Below, one piece after another: positions 13,201 through 25,604 of a stretch of 64,000 nt of DNA. The DNA comes from Marsupella aquatica (Eukaryota > Plantae > Marchantiophyta). Location of the stretch: assembly GCA_973895155.1 (NCBI GenBank), contig OZ316894.1:14213680-14277679 (forward strand), given 5' to 3'. The translations under genes and the position numbers were made by a program. The notes beneath the pieces were generated by a model. That model did no database searches. It had not been told where the DNA came from and worked only from the letters and a program-made list of their open reading frames with translations. Position 1 is the stretch's first letter. Each line of letters opens with the position of its first letter.

Positions 13201-15342
13201 CTCCTCGAGAGACTCTAGATCCACGTCAAACACTGTCCTGCGTACGATAACACAAAATGGCTGTCATGGTCAGCACCTCAGAAGCCACAAGGAACTTGAG
13301 AAACTTATCCGTGATCTTTAGATACTATCAACAATAAGCAACGATATTTCCGACGAATTGCACTTACTTTGTAGGGGGCAGGTTGAATTCTACTCCGGTT
13401 GGGAATCCTCGTGAGCCACCCCAAGAAGGCAAGATACTAGAAGCTTGCGAAGACCTTTGCCCAGTAGGGCCCCTTCCTCCGCCACCGACCCAATCTCCTC
13501 GACCCGCACCGCCCCTTCCAGGTCCCCATGCAGCAATTGATCCACCAGATGTGCCCCTGCCACTAGAAACTCCAGCTTGTGGAGATCCTTGACTTGAAGG
13601 AGGTGCCATTCCAGATGGATCTCGTGCTCCTGGCCTCACATACTGCTCAAGGCAAAATCATTTAGAGCTTCTTTTCGAGCTAATGAGGTGTGTTAAGAAA
13701 TTATAACTCAAAAGAATCCTTGACACTAAGTAGCGAGCATAAGTATCAGCGACAGCGAAAGGTGATCCAGTCGACGGAATCCATGACTCCGCACGCACTC
13801 GGTCGCGCCTTTCCTGTGACCGTGTAATAAGAATTATCCGCAAAACAGGTCAACATGATTCCAAGAACGCCCAACAACTGTTTTCTTTCACCATTTTTTC
13901 TGATATAAAGCTACGAGATAATACTACTGCGTGTGCTTTTTGAGTATCCTTAGCCTTCACCATGTTGTTTGTCTAGCCCTTTCATCATTATCGAATAAAC
14001 ATTTTGCAGTTGTATTAGGGGTAAGTAGTAATTGCTGGGAACAACACAAACGGCGCTACCAAGAGAACCGAAGATCACGTTCCTCTAATGAGACACTCCG
14101 CTTCTACCGCTAGCTCCACCTCTACTCCCTACCGAGGATGAAGTCAATTAAGCAAGAGGTACTATCGGTCATTAGTTGAAAAACGTCACACCTACAACGC
14201 ACCTTGTACTGCATGTGATGCGTGTGATATCCTTGACCACTGTAGCGGATATGCGGAACGCCAGAACTAGTGCCCTGTCCCCCATTGCCTTTTCCCCCTT
14301 GACCTTTATCATCCCCGCCAGGAGCTCTGTCTAAACCCAAAGAAAGGGTAGCACCTGAAGTTAAGGCCAACGGATCCAGAGGAATGGGCTGCTCCTCCCA
14401 TTCTTGTTCTTCTATGGGAAGAGCGTCATCATCTCCCGTCACTATCACCAAATCTTCCTCATCCTCGTCTTCACTCCTTTGATCTTCATCCCCGCCAGCT
14501 GGCTTTTCCCCAGTGTACATCGACGTTTCATCATTTAATACAATGTGGATGTCATCTTCGCTGTCGCTATCCCAGTCTTCATCACCCTCGATATGTTCTT
14601 CCACCCCTTCGTTAAACCCTCGGCCCCACTCTTCTCGCACTTCCTGGCCTTCGGTTTCCTTCTCGGTAAAGAACTCTTCCTCAACGTGGACACTGCTGGA
14701 AAGACCCGGAGGTGAACTTATCTCTCGAGTGGCCCCGCTCACGTGCAGCTCCCCACGTAATCTCAAGGAATCCTTCTCCGGAGGTAAACCGCGGGTTCCA
14801 AATCCTTCTGACATCCGACCTTGAAATGCAGCACAATCCTTCTCTGCTATGGCCCTTTGTGCGCCCGAGGCAGCACCCACAACTCCTAGTGGTATATCTC
14901 TACTTAACCTCAAAACGGATCCAGGATTGTTCGTTCTATCTTCTACCAGCAGATCGAAGTTGCTCTCATCTGGAATCTCGATGGACCTTGATTTCTCTCG
15001 ATAGTCCTGTCTCTTCGCTTCCGTTTCAACACCTGGGAACGGGCTCTCAGCTTCTACCGGCTTCTCCGTAGGAACCCCATACAGCTGGCCGTACAGGAGT
15101 AGCTCGTCGTGGTCTACTTCCTTCGGGGCCAATGCTACTTGGATACCACACCTCCGAGGGATACCGGCTGATGACAAAGGTGGCTTAGAAGATACCGCTA
15201 CCAGGGAAGAGGAAGAGGTTCCATACAATAGCTCTTCATCGTCCATATCGCCTTCACCGACTGACGGCTCTGTTCCCATGGTCTTCCCTGACTCCGGTCC
15301 CATGTCCGCGTAGATATCTCCGAACTCGTCGTCGACATCCAT
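7216..15342 (-). CDS. FIP1: FIP1-like pre-mRNA 3'-end processing factor (plant FIP1[V]/FIPS5 type), 10 coding exons
   Basis: GT-AG exons with consistent phase: 15342-14203, 13642-13368, 13237-13111, 12883-12815, 12437-12282, 11893-11792, 11592-11222, 10999-10874, ~10782-8715, 7890-7216. Acidic N-terminus MDVDDEFGDIYADM. Exon 3 encodes the Fip1 motif TVFDVDLESLEEKPWRRPGVDITDYFNFSFTENTWKQYCRQL. Plant FIP1 signatures follow: QLRLEATMQSKIRVYESGRSEQEYDPDLPPELAAA, PTGRAIQVEGG..ERRPS...RDSDAVI, an RD/RE-rich region, RRGRSKLERW, and the C-terminus KQERPARKRRW. Confidence 0.93.
9018..9788 (-). repeat. Coding minisatellite in FIP1 exon 9: ~19 degenerate 42-bp (14-aa) units, consensus ~LEDxRESDGRxKGR
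   Basis: Translation shows LEDHREVDGRAKGR, LEDLRESDSRGKGQ, LEERRDNEGRVKGR, FEDVRESDGRGKGW, LDDVRESDGRARGR ... LEEGRESDGRGR. Confidence 0.9.
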
Positions 15343-16195
15343 CCTGCTCGCCGCATAGAGATGTGCTCTATAGATGAGAACCCCGTCAACTGACCCACTT
15401 AACCAGCCGTAAACAACTGTCGATAACAGCAAAACTTAACCCTGCGATGACCACCCTGTCACAAGATTCCTTCAACACATGAGAGACAATCTGAAATTAC
15501 TTCCCGTCAGTCGATCGAAAAGCTGGCACTTTCGTATACATCGAAGACCAAAGATTGCCTTCCTCTTCAGTACTCGAGCTTCCGAGCCAGATTTTGCCCC
15601 GTGTTCTCTCTCACTCATGACAAATCCCTCGGCCCGCGCTTCCGTTCCTCCACAGCCATCGTCTTACTCCGTCGCGCTCCATTGCAAATAACTTCTCCGA
15701 TTTATTCAGATTCAGATAGAAGGATCAAGGTCCCCGCCTCCCGCTCGTGCCATTAAAAAGTGATACCTACGCTGCGGACGGCACCAGTCAACGTCCGTGC
15801 GGAGCGGAGGTGTAGCAGATCACAGCTTCTGTAGGAGTTTCTGGTATCCCCCGTGGAAGCTGAGCACATGAGCTGCTTCTGGCTCTCAACGCCGGCTAAA
15901 TCGAAAGCTGGAGAACGAGTGCTAAATCAAAAGCGAGAGAGACCTAATAAGAGCACGTCCGTCATTAGGCTCGGCAACAACCGGTCTTCAAAGTTCACCT
16001 ACGGTCGTGAGGAACCGAGATAGTAATATGTTATGATTACTTTGTTGTGGTGGAGGAGCGAATAAGAAGCCTAGATGGACCTCCGAGTTTGCATAAGTGC
16101 CCAGATAGACTTGCACAACTAGCACCGACCTCCCTGAAACACTCTATTCATACACATTACACACGAGAGCGAAACGCCACTTAAAATCAAGACAA

Positions 16196-16560
16196 CTATC
16201 TTTCTGTTTGAGTTCTTCAAGATTAACTCTTGATGTCTCTCGTATACATATGAACGATAAGTTCCGAGTACTTTGCGAACTTCATGTTTTGGTATTGGGA
16301 GGATAGTATAATGTTACTTGTATGGAAGGTAGATAGGGTTTTCTCTATCTGCTCTTCATCGGTAACGGGTTGGCCGCACAGGATAAGTTGGGATGTTATA
16401 CGGAATAGCTCGCTATTGTAGTTAGCTATCGACATATGGTCTTGAACGCGAAGGTTCACCCAATCGTGGCGGGCTCTAGGTAGATGTATGGTTTTCGTGT
16501 GATCGAATCTCTCTTTGAGTTGATCCCAAAGGTTCTTGGGATTTTCCTCATTGAGATTTT
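16196..16560 (-). pseudogene. Copia (Bianca) gag fragment
   Basis: NLRVQDHMSIANYNSELFRITSQLILCGQPVTDEEQIEKTLSTFHTSNIILSSQYQNMKFAKYSELI aligns by eye with NLRVMDHTTIANYNSALCRITSQLEMCGHPINDIDRIDKTLSTFPESNITLGTQYRNMRFTKYSDLI of ORF 52431-57158. It is frameshifted and truncated. Confidence 0.88.
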
Positions 16561-16593
16561 GAAGTAGGTAATTATAGTCTCGTATATATCTTT

Positions 16594-16699
16594 AGCTGAA
16601 CTTCCTCCCGCTGACCATCGAGGGGGAGATTAGCTTTGATATCTAATGACCACAAGAGGTAGTTCTCCCCATCAATGGTCAGCGGGAGAAAGTTCAGCT
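16594..16699. repeat. Inverted repeat / hairpin with ~36-bp arms
   Basis: AGCTGAACTTCCTCCCGCTGACCATCGAGGGGGAGA vs reverse complement of TCTCCCCATCAATGGTCAGCGGGAGAAAGTTCAGCT (3 mismatches). Confidence 0.85.
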
Positions 16700-16721
16700 T
16701 TTCTATGGATGCCATATCTTC

Positions 16722-16800
16722 CGGGTTTTAGGGTTTTGGTTTTGGGTTTTAGGTTTAGGGTTGAGCCTAGGGTTAGGTTTCTAAGTTTAGGGTTAGGTTT
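16722..16800 (+). repeat. Degenerate telomere-like (TTTAGGG-like) tract
   Basis: GGGTTTTAGGGTTTTGGTTTTGGGTTTTAGGTTTAGGGTTGAGCCTAGGGTTAGG...TTTAGGGTTAGG; further TTTAGGG/CCCTAAA motifs occur to ~17020. Confidence 0.6.
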
Positions 16801-19163
16801 ATGCAAGGGTTATAAGGTATGTAGATTCTTAGTGCTTGCGTTTTGTGCGTTTATAGTTGCATGCGCTTTCGGAAATCAAAAGAGTTGATTGTTCCTTTCT
16901 CGTTTTTGCATTTTAGGGTTCTTTTTCCGTTAACCCTAAATGCGTTTTAGGTTTGGTTCCGCATGCAAGTTTGCTTTCTAGGGTTCTTTTCCCATTAACC
17001 CTAAATGCATTTTAGGTTAGGTTCTGCATGCAACTTAAGCGTAAAGGATTGGTTGCGTTTTAGAGTTTGCACTTAGGTTTAGTTTTCCTTGTGTATGTGA
17101 TTAAGTGCACTAGGTTCTCTTGTAATTGAGGTTTTCTTTGTTTTAGGTTTGCATATATGAGTGGTTGACGGTTTTGTGCGCTTCCCTGGTTTAGTGCACA
17201 GTTTCTTGTGTATAAGGAATTTGCTTTGTCAAATTTTGCGATTAAGGAGGGTTGCACTTAGCTGGTGGGGTCTTGTTTTTGTCGATGCTTTTGGCCACTA
17301 TTGCTGTTGTTTTCCTAGGCAGTCACGAACTCAACATTCCTTATGCTCCTTTGTTCTTTTTTGCCTCGATCTTTTGCCCTTCGATGCTTCCTTCAAGGTT
17401 CATTGTTCCTTCTTTATGGTGGGTTTCTTTTTGAATTCTCTATTCGGTTTGTACTTCCTTTGGTCTTCTTTCTCTTGGTTGCGCTCGAGTGTTTGTGCCC
17501 CTTGGTCACCTAACGATTTCTCCCTTCACTCGTTTAATCTTCTGTTCTGCTGCCTCTATGGTTCTCTTCTTTTACTTTCGTTTTCTCTCCTTGGTAAAGT
17601 TGTGATCGAGTCTTCGATTGGGCAGCGCTCATCGGCCTCTTCTGGCTTCCTTATCCGTGGTGTCCTTATGGGGATTGAGGTGGTGGCTACCTCTCTCTCA
17701 CCCTTTCGAATCTCAGTGCCTCCGCTTCAACTTCGAGCTCTCTTCCTCTATTTGCTGCCGTTGCTCGATCGGGTTTCCAGGGGTTTGCGCTTTCGTTATG
17801 TCCTTATGCAATTTGATTTGCCTTCGTATTGTTTCGCCTTCTATTCGACTCTGTTTGTTGCCTCTTTCGCCTCTTCCTATTTCGCTCAATTTCTGAACCT
17901 GTGTCTCTTCAGTTTTTGCTTATCCAGCACCTTCGATGGTGGCATTGCTGTTCTCTTCAATTTGACCCGCTCCTCCTGTGTCCTTATGACTTCTTGGTTT
18001 TTGGCTTGGGCTCCTTTTTTAATTTCTCTTCTCGGGTGTCCTTATGGAATTGCGATGCTGCGCTCTTCTCCTTGATCGGTGATTCCTTTCTTTTATGTAC
18101 TCCTGTCTGCTCAATTTCTAGAGTGCTTTGGGGGTAAAATTTTCTATTCCTTCCAGGGCCGGCTCTTCTATTTCTCGGTTGTCCTGGCTGGTCCTTATGC
18201 TATTTCTTATCGCTTCTTCTAGGTCATGGCTTTCCCTTCTTTCTCAATTTGAATGTTTTGTTTCTCTCTCGATCGGGTCTGCTTTTTCGAGTTTCTTCTT
18301 TCGATCCTTATCTCTTATTTTGATTCTGGTTTGCCAGCGCCTCCCGATGCTGCTTTCTCCTCTCTTGAATTGCTTCTGTTATGCTGCGCTCTTTTGGATT
18401 TTGACTTTTTCTATTTTGATTGTGATGTTGCTTCTTATCGTTTTAGTGTTCTCCTGTGGGCCAATTCTTAATTGATCGGCTATCTCATCCTTCGCGCCTT
18501 CTCGTGGTTTATTTATCCCTTTTTAAGTCTATTCTTTTCTTCTCGATGCTTTTTGAATCCTGGGGGCTCTTTCTCAATTCCTTCGATTCAGATTTTTCTT
18601 CTCTTCCTCGATGTTGGATTCTCTCTGTTCACTCTTTCGATACGACTCCTTTTTAATTTTAATTTGCCATAGCCCTGCAGGTTTAATCTTCCATAGCCTC
18701 CTTGCTTAGTCTCGGAGAGTCTCGTGCTGATAACGTGTTTGAGTATAATGCTCCAACTGTCGCCCCTTCTCCCTTGGGTGGTTTTATATATGTGTGGTAA
18801 AGAGAGGGTTACATCGGTTCCTAATTGGGGTTAGGGAAGTAACCCCGGTGACGTAACAAGTATAGTCTAACACTTTCAAAATTCTTAACTCTCTCTTTTT
18901 TCATTGAAAGTCTATGACTTTCCTCTCCTTTGAGCATCCGCACGGGACTCGGTGTCCTAGGCACAGCATAAAGGGTTTTTGGCAACTTTAGTGGCGTGCG
19001 GGGCCCGATTGGTGTGTACCTGCCAATGAGGTACCCCACCAGCCTCGCTATTTCTACCACGGCAAATGGAGCGACTGTGGTCAGGTCTAGACAACTACAA
19101 TCCCAACATATGTTGGCTACAATCTTGTCCTATGCGTGAAGGTGTCCAGGAGCATTTGAAAGC

Positions 19164-20485
19164 ATGCAATTCAAACGAACACCATGGATTGTCGAGCAAA
19201 CAGGTGAGGTCGATGCATTTGAAGGAATGATTCCCAAACAAATTGGAAGCGAATTCAACAGACTTCAAAGCATGGCATCTGACCGACTCATACAATGGAG
19301 AGCAAAATTGAAGAGGCAGATCGAGCAAGCTTATGAAGAATGGGATGATGAGGAGCAAACATGGTGGGAGACTGTTGTGGTGGCAGGGTCCGTTATGAAT
19401 AACTACGAACAGGGCCCAAGGAAGTGAAGTGGATCAAGGCCAGGAAAGGGAAGGAACATTGATCGGGATAGAGCACAAGGCCATGAGCAAATTTGGAAGG
19501 ATTATTTTGCTCAATCTCCAGTCTACACTGACAGACATTTCACAAGGTACGTATAGAATGAGAAGAAACTCTCATCCAAAAATTGACTGTTGCTTTAAGG
19601 ATGCTTTGAAACCCTTGAAGCGGATTTGCTCTACTGTTAGAGAGCACTATGAGGAGGAGTACCTTACATAGCCCACCAAGGAGGACATCATCAATGAATT
19701 ACAAATCAATGAAGAACGTGGTTTCCTTGGTATGTTTGCATCTCTGGATTGTATGCACTACAAGTGGAAGAATTATCCCGTGGCTTGGCAAGGCCTCTTC
19801 ACCAACAAGGACTGAGAGAAATCCATTGTTCTGGAGGCCATAGCAGATCAATCCCTCTAGATTTGGCATGCTTACTTTGGCTTGCCTAGTGGAAATAATG
19901 ATTGAACGTGTTGGATCGGTCCGCTTTGGTCAACAAAAGTGAAGTTGATGAGGTTGGATTTACTAACTGTGAATGAATGCCACTGTGGTCGATATTATTT
20001 GTTCATTGATGGCATTTATCCAGACTGGTCCATCTTCAATCATTAAAACTATTCAATTGCCACAAGGAAATGCCAGAAAGTGGTTTGCTAAGTGCCAAGA
20101 GGGGGCCTGGAAGGATGTTGAGAGGGCTTTTGGTGTTTTGCATCAGCGATTTGCAATTGCAAAGAACCCAGTTCAAATGCACTATCAACATGAAATCAAG
20201 GACATCCTTTTGGCTTGTGTCATTTTACATAACATGATTGTGGAGGACGAGAGAGGCGAGGAGAGAGGTGATAGATTGCCTATTGATTGGGACTTCTCAG
20301 ACAGAGTTAGAGCTCAAGCTGGAAAAGACCTTGGTAGGCAAGATTGGGCAGAATACTTGGCTGCTACACGAGCTATTGAGGATGCTGAAACTCATTTTTC
20401 ATTGAGAAATGACTTGGTAGCACACCTTTGGTCCCTGAAAGGACAGGGCCACCGTTTTGACTATGTGGGAAATCAGGACTCATGA
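19164..20485 (+). pseudogene. PIF/Harbinger (HARBI1/ALP1-like) DDE transposase with stops and frameshifts
   Basis: GFLGMFASLDCMHYKWKNYPVAWQG, IVLEAIADQSL*IWHAYFGLPSGNND, QEGAWKDVERAFGVLHQRFAI, ACVILHNMIVEDE, HFSLRNDLVAHLW. Confidence 0.92.
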
Positions 20486-20899
20486 TTCCCAGTGTATTCA
20501 TTGTTCACAATCTAGTTTGTCTATAATAAAATGTTATTTGTTCCCATCACATTTGTCTTGCAAAATTGCAATTGAAAGTCTATTTGCATCCAATCTTGCA
20601 AGGGGCACTCGAGCCAAAACATCCCAACAATGAATTACTCATCACATAAAAAAAAGTGTGGGCTTTCATTCATCTTTCTCAAAATGTACAAAAGTGGAGC
20701 AGAGTCTGTGAAAATGCTCTTGTGAATGCCGTATTGACCTCAAGCTGGAAAATAACATTGTTGGAGTGCAAAATGTTTAAGTAAGTCACCTTTTGTGACT
20801 ACCAATGTCTATACCATGGCACTACCTAAACCTGAAGTAGAGCCTCATTGGCGAAGTTGTTCTGCAACTACAATTAACCTGATTGAAGCTGCTAATAAG

Positions 20900-21630
20900 A
20901 AAGCTAATAACATCGTTGCAATGTGAGAGGGTGAATGAAGCTCTTAAGGTTAGGGGTACTGCCAACGAACTCCATCAATCAGTCGGCCATTTCCATCACT
21001 GCCCTCAGATCATGCTCATACACCTTTTCCCTGGCCGTTTCTGCTCGCCTCTCTTGGTGCTTCTCAATTCTCTTCAATCGAGCTTCCCTCTTCTTCTTTG
21101 GTGTTGCTTTAGCCTCTTCCTCCTCCAGGTGCTAGATCATTTGCATGATCCTATCCTCTCCTTCACTCATGATCTTCACAATCAGGGCCTCATGAGGGAA
21201 AGGCTCCTCTGGAGGAGAATCAGCCAGAACCGGCATTCCATCAATGGAGGAGGGGTCCTGTACATGCTGCTTCTCATGCATGGCTTGCCCGCACATGCTG
21301 AGAAGAAGGAGCCATGGTGAGGTGCAAGTCGGCAATTGTCGCTCGCTTGGGAGGCCTTTTGCAGAATTTAAAATGTGACCTTGATTGCCCAGCCCCGCAA
21401 ATTCAAAAATCTGCACAAGAAAGGTCGATGGAAAAGGCAGTCTGATTGCGCAACAAGGAAGAAGGAGTAGGAACAATGAGAGAGAGGACTCAACTCCTGA
21501 AGCATTTCTAGGGCAAATCTACCACTGGACAACTGCGTGCTAGGCAGGTTGGAACTTGTGCCAATGAATGCACAAAAAGGACATTGACAATTCCAATGCC
21601 CAGACTCGTGGCTTCTGAAAGAGCTATGTA
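20900..21630 (-). pseudogene. Degenerate extra ORF in the Harbinger (Cys/His motifs plus charged coiled-coil); product unknown
   Basis: Fragments CQCPFCAFIG, MHEKQH, and LEEEEAKATPKKKREARLKRIEKHQERRAETAREKVYEHDLRAVMEM, interrupted by stops and frameshifts. Confidence 0.4.
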
Positions 21631-21963
21631 CACACACAAGTTAGTCTGTGTTGATGTGACTTGCAACCTCTACTCATTAAATGCCCCAAAAAATACACAT
21701 TATTGTGGGACTTATTACCAAAGTGACTTGGGTGTACTAGCGCAGGTCATACAATGGTGCATAATTGCCATGGCATTGCTTGTGATGAGAACTGCAATTT
21801 TGTAAAAAATAATACCAACTGAATTCATCACATTGTCAAAAAAGATGCAATTGTAATTATAATGTACAAACTCAATTACACAACTGCAATTTGGATACTT
21901 GCATTCATATGCATTCATCAAAGACTACTAATTCAATACACAAAATTAAAATGTTCAACTCAT

Positions 21964-23659
21964 ACTTCTTCACATACTGAGGAGGTGGTCCTGGGAGATA
22001 TGCTGGGCAAAGAGAAAGAAGAGAGTACAAGGCGGACTGGCGAAGGGGTACGAGACCCTGAAACAGATGCGGAAGAATCAGAGGAGTGCATTAGAATCCT
22101 GAGAGGAATTGCGCTCAGATCGAAGCTAGGGAGATCTGGATAAGAAACTGTATGTGGGCCTGGAATGGAATTTGCAAGAAGCAGCGAGGAATGTGAGACA
22201 ACTGTACAATTGTGCAATGCTGTGCTACTTCACCGGGCGTACCCCTCTTCTTTCAGCTTTCAGAGAATGGGTGGAAGAGGTGATGACAAACAGGGAGGAC
22301 TGGTCGATCCTGCAGATTAAATATGTAGGGAAAAACTTCTACATGGTGGTCTTTGAACATCCAGACCATCGGGACCTGGCACTCAACTATGCTCCTTGGT
22401 TCTATGAGTGTCAATTTGTATATACTCTCCCGTGGGACCCTTCTTTTGATGTTAAAAGTGATAGCTTCACTAAACTACCGGTATGGATAGAAATCCCATT
22501 TCGTGCGCTTGCATTGGAAGGATGCAGGAGGAAGATCGCAAGCACATTGGGTACCTTGCTCTACTACATCCAGGGAGACCAATTTAGCTCGTACCCACAT
22601 GACCATGCCTGTATCCTATGGGACACCGACAGGGAAGTGCCCTCTAGTGTGAGAATTCAAATCCGTGATGACATTGTGATTTGGCATCCGATGACATTTA
22701 AAAATATCCCATATCATTGCTATAAATGTAACCACAAAGGGCACCTGGCCTGCAACTGTAAAGAGGAGCCAGAGGCAACTAGCAAACCACCTGAAGAGGG
22801 GACCCACCGAACAAGAAGGATGATGAGCGCCATTCGGAGGCAGATCCTGAGGAGGTCCTCAAAGCTGTAGCCAATGCAGAAGCAAGGGCTCTTTTTCGTG
22901 CAACAATGGCTGCCCCACCCCTGCTGGTCCCCTTGGCGATGGTTGTGGAGGAGGCTTGGACGGAGCGCTACTTCCGGTGCCCCTCCTCACTGGGGGAGGC
23001 TGGGCCTTCCCTCGGGCAACCACAACATGAACCTCATGACCCTGTGCTGGATCCTCTAGTGGGGGTGGAGCAGATACCTTGGAGGATTATGGTCCCACCT
23101 GAGGGTCCCTTGCGATCCCCAATTCACAAAGTATTCCTCCTGCTATGGAGATTGAGAACCCCTCTGGACCGAGATCACCACTTGACCTGTTGATACCTGG
23201 TTTTGAGCTTGCTATTCTCCCTATTGAAGCACTGTCTAGTGTAGTAGTGGCTCAACTGCCACTCATAACCAGAGGGTCGGGAGAGGAGGAGAATTTCTCT
23301 TTTCATGAGAGCTCAGATGCAGAGATGTCAGAATATGAAGAATATATCCTGCATAGCAAGTTTAAGGCTAGAGCACGTAAACAGGAGCTGCGCACGCCGC
23401 CAACTGAGAGATCAGAGAAACTTAAAGGAGAAGCAAAGAAGCAAAGATCACTCAACCTTCTCACGGGGCTTCGTGTCTGATGCAAGTGGGTGTACCTCAA
23501 GGGAGCCAAGAGAGCAAAGGAAAACACTGCGGGTGGACATGCGGGAGGCTACAGACTCAGGGTTGGCACTGATTTGCTTGGGTACTCCTGAGATTGTGTC
23601 CCCAAGACGTGACTCACCTAAAGGTTACATAAGCGGACCAACAAGTGGACAGGTCTTCT
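21964..23659 (+). pseudogene. LINE-A ORF1 relic (DUF4283-type domain plus CCHC knuckle)
   Basis: EWNLQEAARNVRQLYNCAMLCYF...LPVWIEIPFRAL...CYKCNHKGHLACNC, closely similar to LINE-B ORF1; frameshifts and stops present. Confidence 0.88.
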
Positions 23660-24018
23660 CACTAGTAGAAACCGGGGCAATTTAGACCAAACCTTATAGG
23701 ACTAAGGCCACTAAGTCCTTTTTGGCAACCTTAAATGACTCGAAACCATTGCCACGGTTCACATGAACACTACAAAAGACTGTGAGTGCTTTTTGGTTTT
23801 GGATAAGACTATGAAAAGTACCCTTCTTTGTGAATGTATGAACACTCTAGCACATGATGGGTTGTAGGGTTTAGTTGTGGGCTTTAATTTGATAATGGGC
23901 ATATGGGGGGGGGGGGGGCACAATTCATTTGACGACCTCTTTACCAACATCCCGCTAACTTGAACACGGACAAACGGCGTAAATGTTGAAATTCCCTAAT
24001 TTTGAATATACTCCATAG

Positions 24019-24510
24019 TGGGTTTGGGGGGGTTTAGGGCTCAAGGGTGGGCCAGTTACATGCGAAGGGTGTGGGGGTTCACCACTAAAGGGGTTTAGGG
24101 GGGTTTATATGCCAAGGGTGGGCCGGTTAGGTCTCAAGGGGGTGGGGGTCAGTAAAGGGGGTTTAGGGTCAGAGAACACTCAATTGAAATAGTGACGCAG
24201 CGATTTAGGGTAAACGAACAGGGACCGTGGACCCTAACTTGTTTGCTGCCTTGGGAGGATTTGGAGAGCTGGAGGCAACATGCTTCATTGATCCTGAGCT
24301 TGCAAGCGGCGCTCTAAAACGGCCCGTGGCATTGCAAAAACAGTCTGGCCACAGTCGAGTTGTCAAGACATTTAGGGGATTTATATGTCAAGGTGTGGGG
24401 GTGGCTGAGTTTTCACTAAAGGGGGTTTAGGGGGGGTTTATATGTCAAGGGTGGAGGGTTGAGATGTCAAGGGTGGGGGGTTTAGGGTTAAGGGGATGGG
24501 GGGTTTAGGG
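24019..24510 (+). repeat. G-rich, telomere-like subterminal repeats of the CACTA
   Basis: Repeated GGGGTTTAGGG, CAAGGGTGG and CACTAAAGGGG units. Confidence 0.75.
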
Positions 24511-25604
24511 ACCATTGGATGGAGTCCATCGATCCCCACCATCAAAAAGTCGCATATTGGAAGTTTACTCAGCTGGGCTATACTTTGAGAGGGCCGAGTA
24601 GTCATGACTTAGCACTAGTTTTTTAGGGGCTAGACAAGGCTTGGAGTGTAATTAATTTAGACACTTGAAGTAGAGGGAATGGGGGCCTGGGGTTAACATG
24701 AAACCTGCATATTGATGGTCGAGATCACTCAAGGCAATCTCTTTTCATCCGGATGGCTGAGATCACTCTAGGGGCTGCCATGTCATAGTAAGGTTGACGC
24801 CAAACGGCTCTTTGCACCCTTTTCACCCTCGCGCCTTTCAGTCGTGTTTTACTTTTCTCACAAAGTATCGAGGCTCAACGTTGAATGTTGCGGTTAGTGT
24901 CTGCCACTCAGCGTTTAGGGCGAGAGGGTCAAGGGGTTTAGCAAGGTTGCGCTGCTGTTTTGCCTCAAGAGTGTGCAATCAAGGCTTCAATCAGGTCTCC
25001 AGGAGCTGCGGGAGCGCTATGCAAAGTGTTGCGGGAGGATGTGCAATGTGCTGCGGGAGTGCTGTGCAATGTGTTGTTGCAGGAGTGCTACTGCGGGAGT
25101 GCTGCACGGGAGTCTGAGCTCAGTGGGAGGGTTTAGGTTTGGCTGATCGATGTGCATTTACAATTGTGGATAGTAGTTTGCATTGGAGTTGCAAAGGAGC
25201 TCGCCAGAGTTGTGAAGGAGCAGGGTGTGGGAGTTGCGGGCTGCCATCGGCCCTCCTATTTTTCTTTTACTCCCACAGCGAGCTCCCGTATGAGCTCTTG
25301 TGTGAGCTTTGTTCAGCTGCGGTGGGTGCTGAGCTTATTTCCGTCGAGCTCAGTTGTGCTGTGCTGATTTTTGTCTAACAAAGCTCGGGGGAGGGTTGTC
25401 GGTTGGACGTTGGAGCTGCGCTTGTGATATTTTGGGGTTCGGGCAAAGGGCGGAGGGCGGAGGGCGAAGATCAAGCATTTTTGTTTTGCTAACGCTGCGT
25501 GGTGGAAACTGGACCTGCGAACTCCTTGTCTATGGTGTTGTGGAGCTGGGCGAGCTGCAACAAGGGACCAAGCCGGGCGACCTGTGAATTAAGGCCCATC
25601 GATC

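Larger units (their letters stand above)
16196..18872 (-). mobile_element. 3'-truncated, degenerate Bianca-lineage Copia relic (5' LTR, PBS, extra region, gag fragment)
   Basis: Bianca-type PBS CGTTATCAGCACGAG on the minus strand at 18721-18735. Short LTR 18736-18872 with imperfect inverted ends (TGTTTGAGTATA ... TATAGTCTAACA). The gag fragment at 16.2-16.56 kb is homologous to the gag of the intact element at 52545. Confidence 0.8.

Noticed and set aside
17161-18672. Long hydrophobic + strand ORFs (e.g. 304 aa) that look like membrane proteins
   Set aside because: They arise from the T-rich, A-poor strand of a Copia relic where stop codons are rare; overlapping ORFs occur in all three frames and have no motif.
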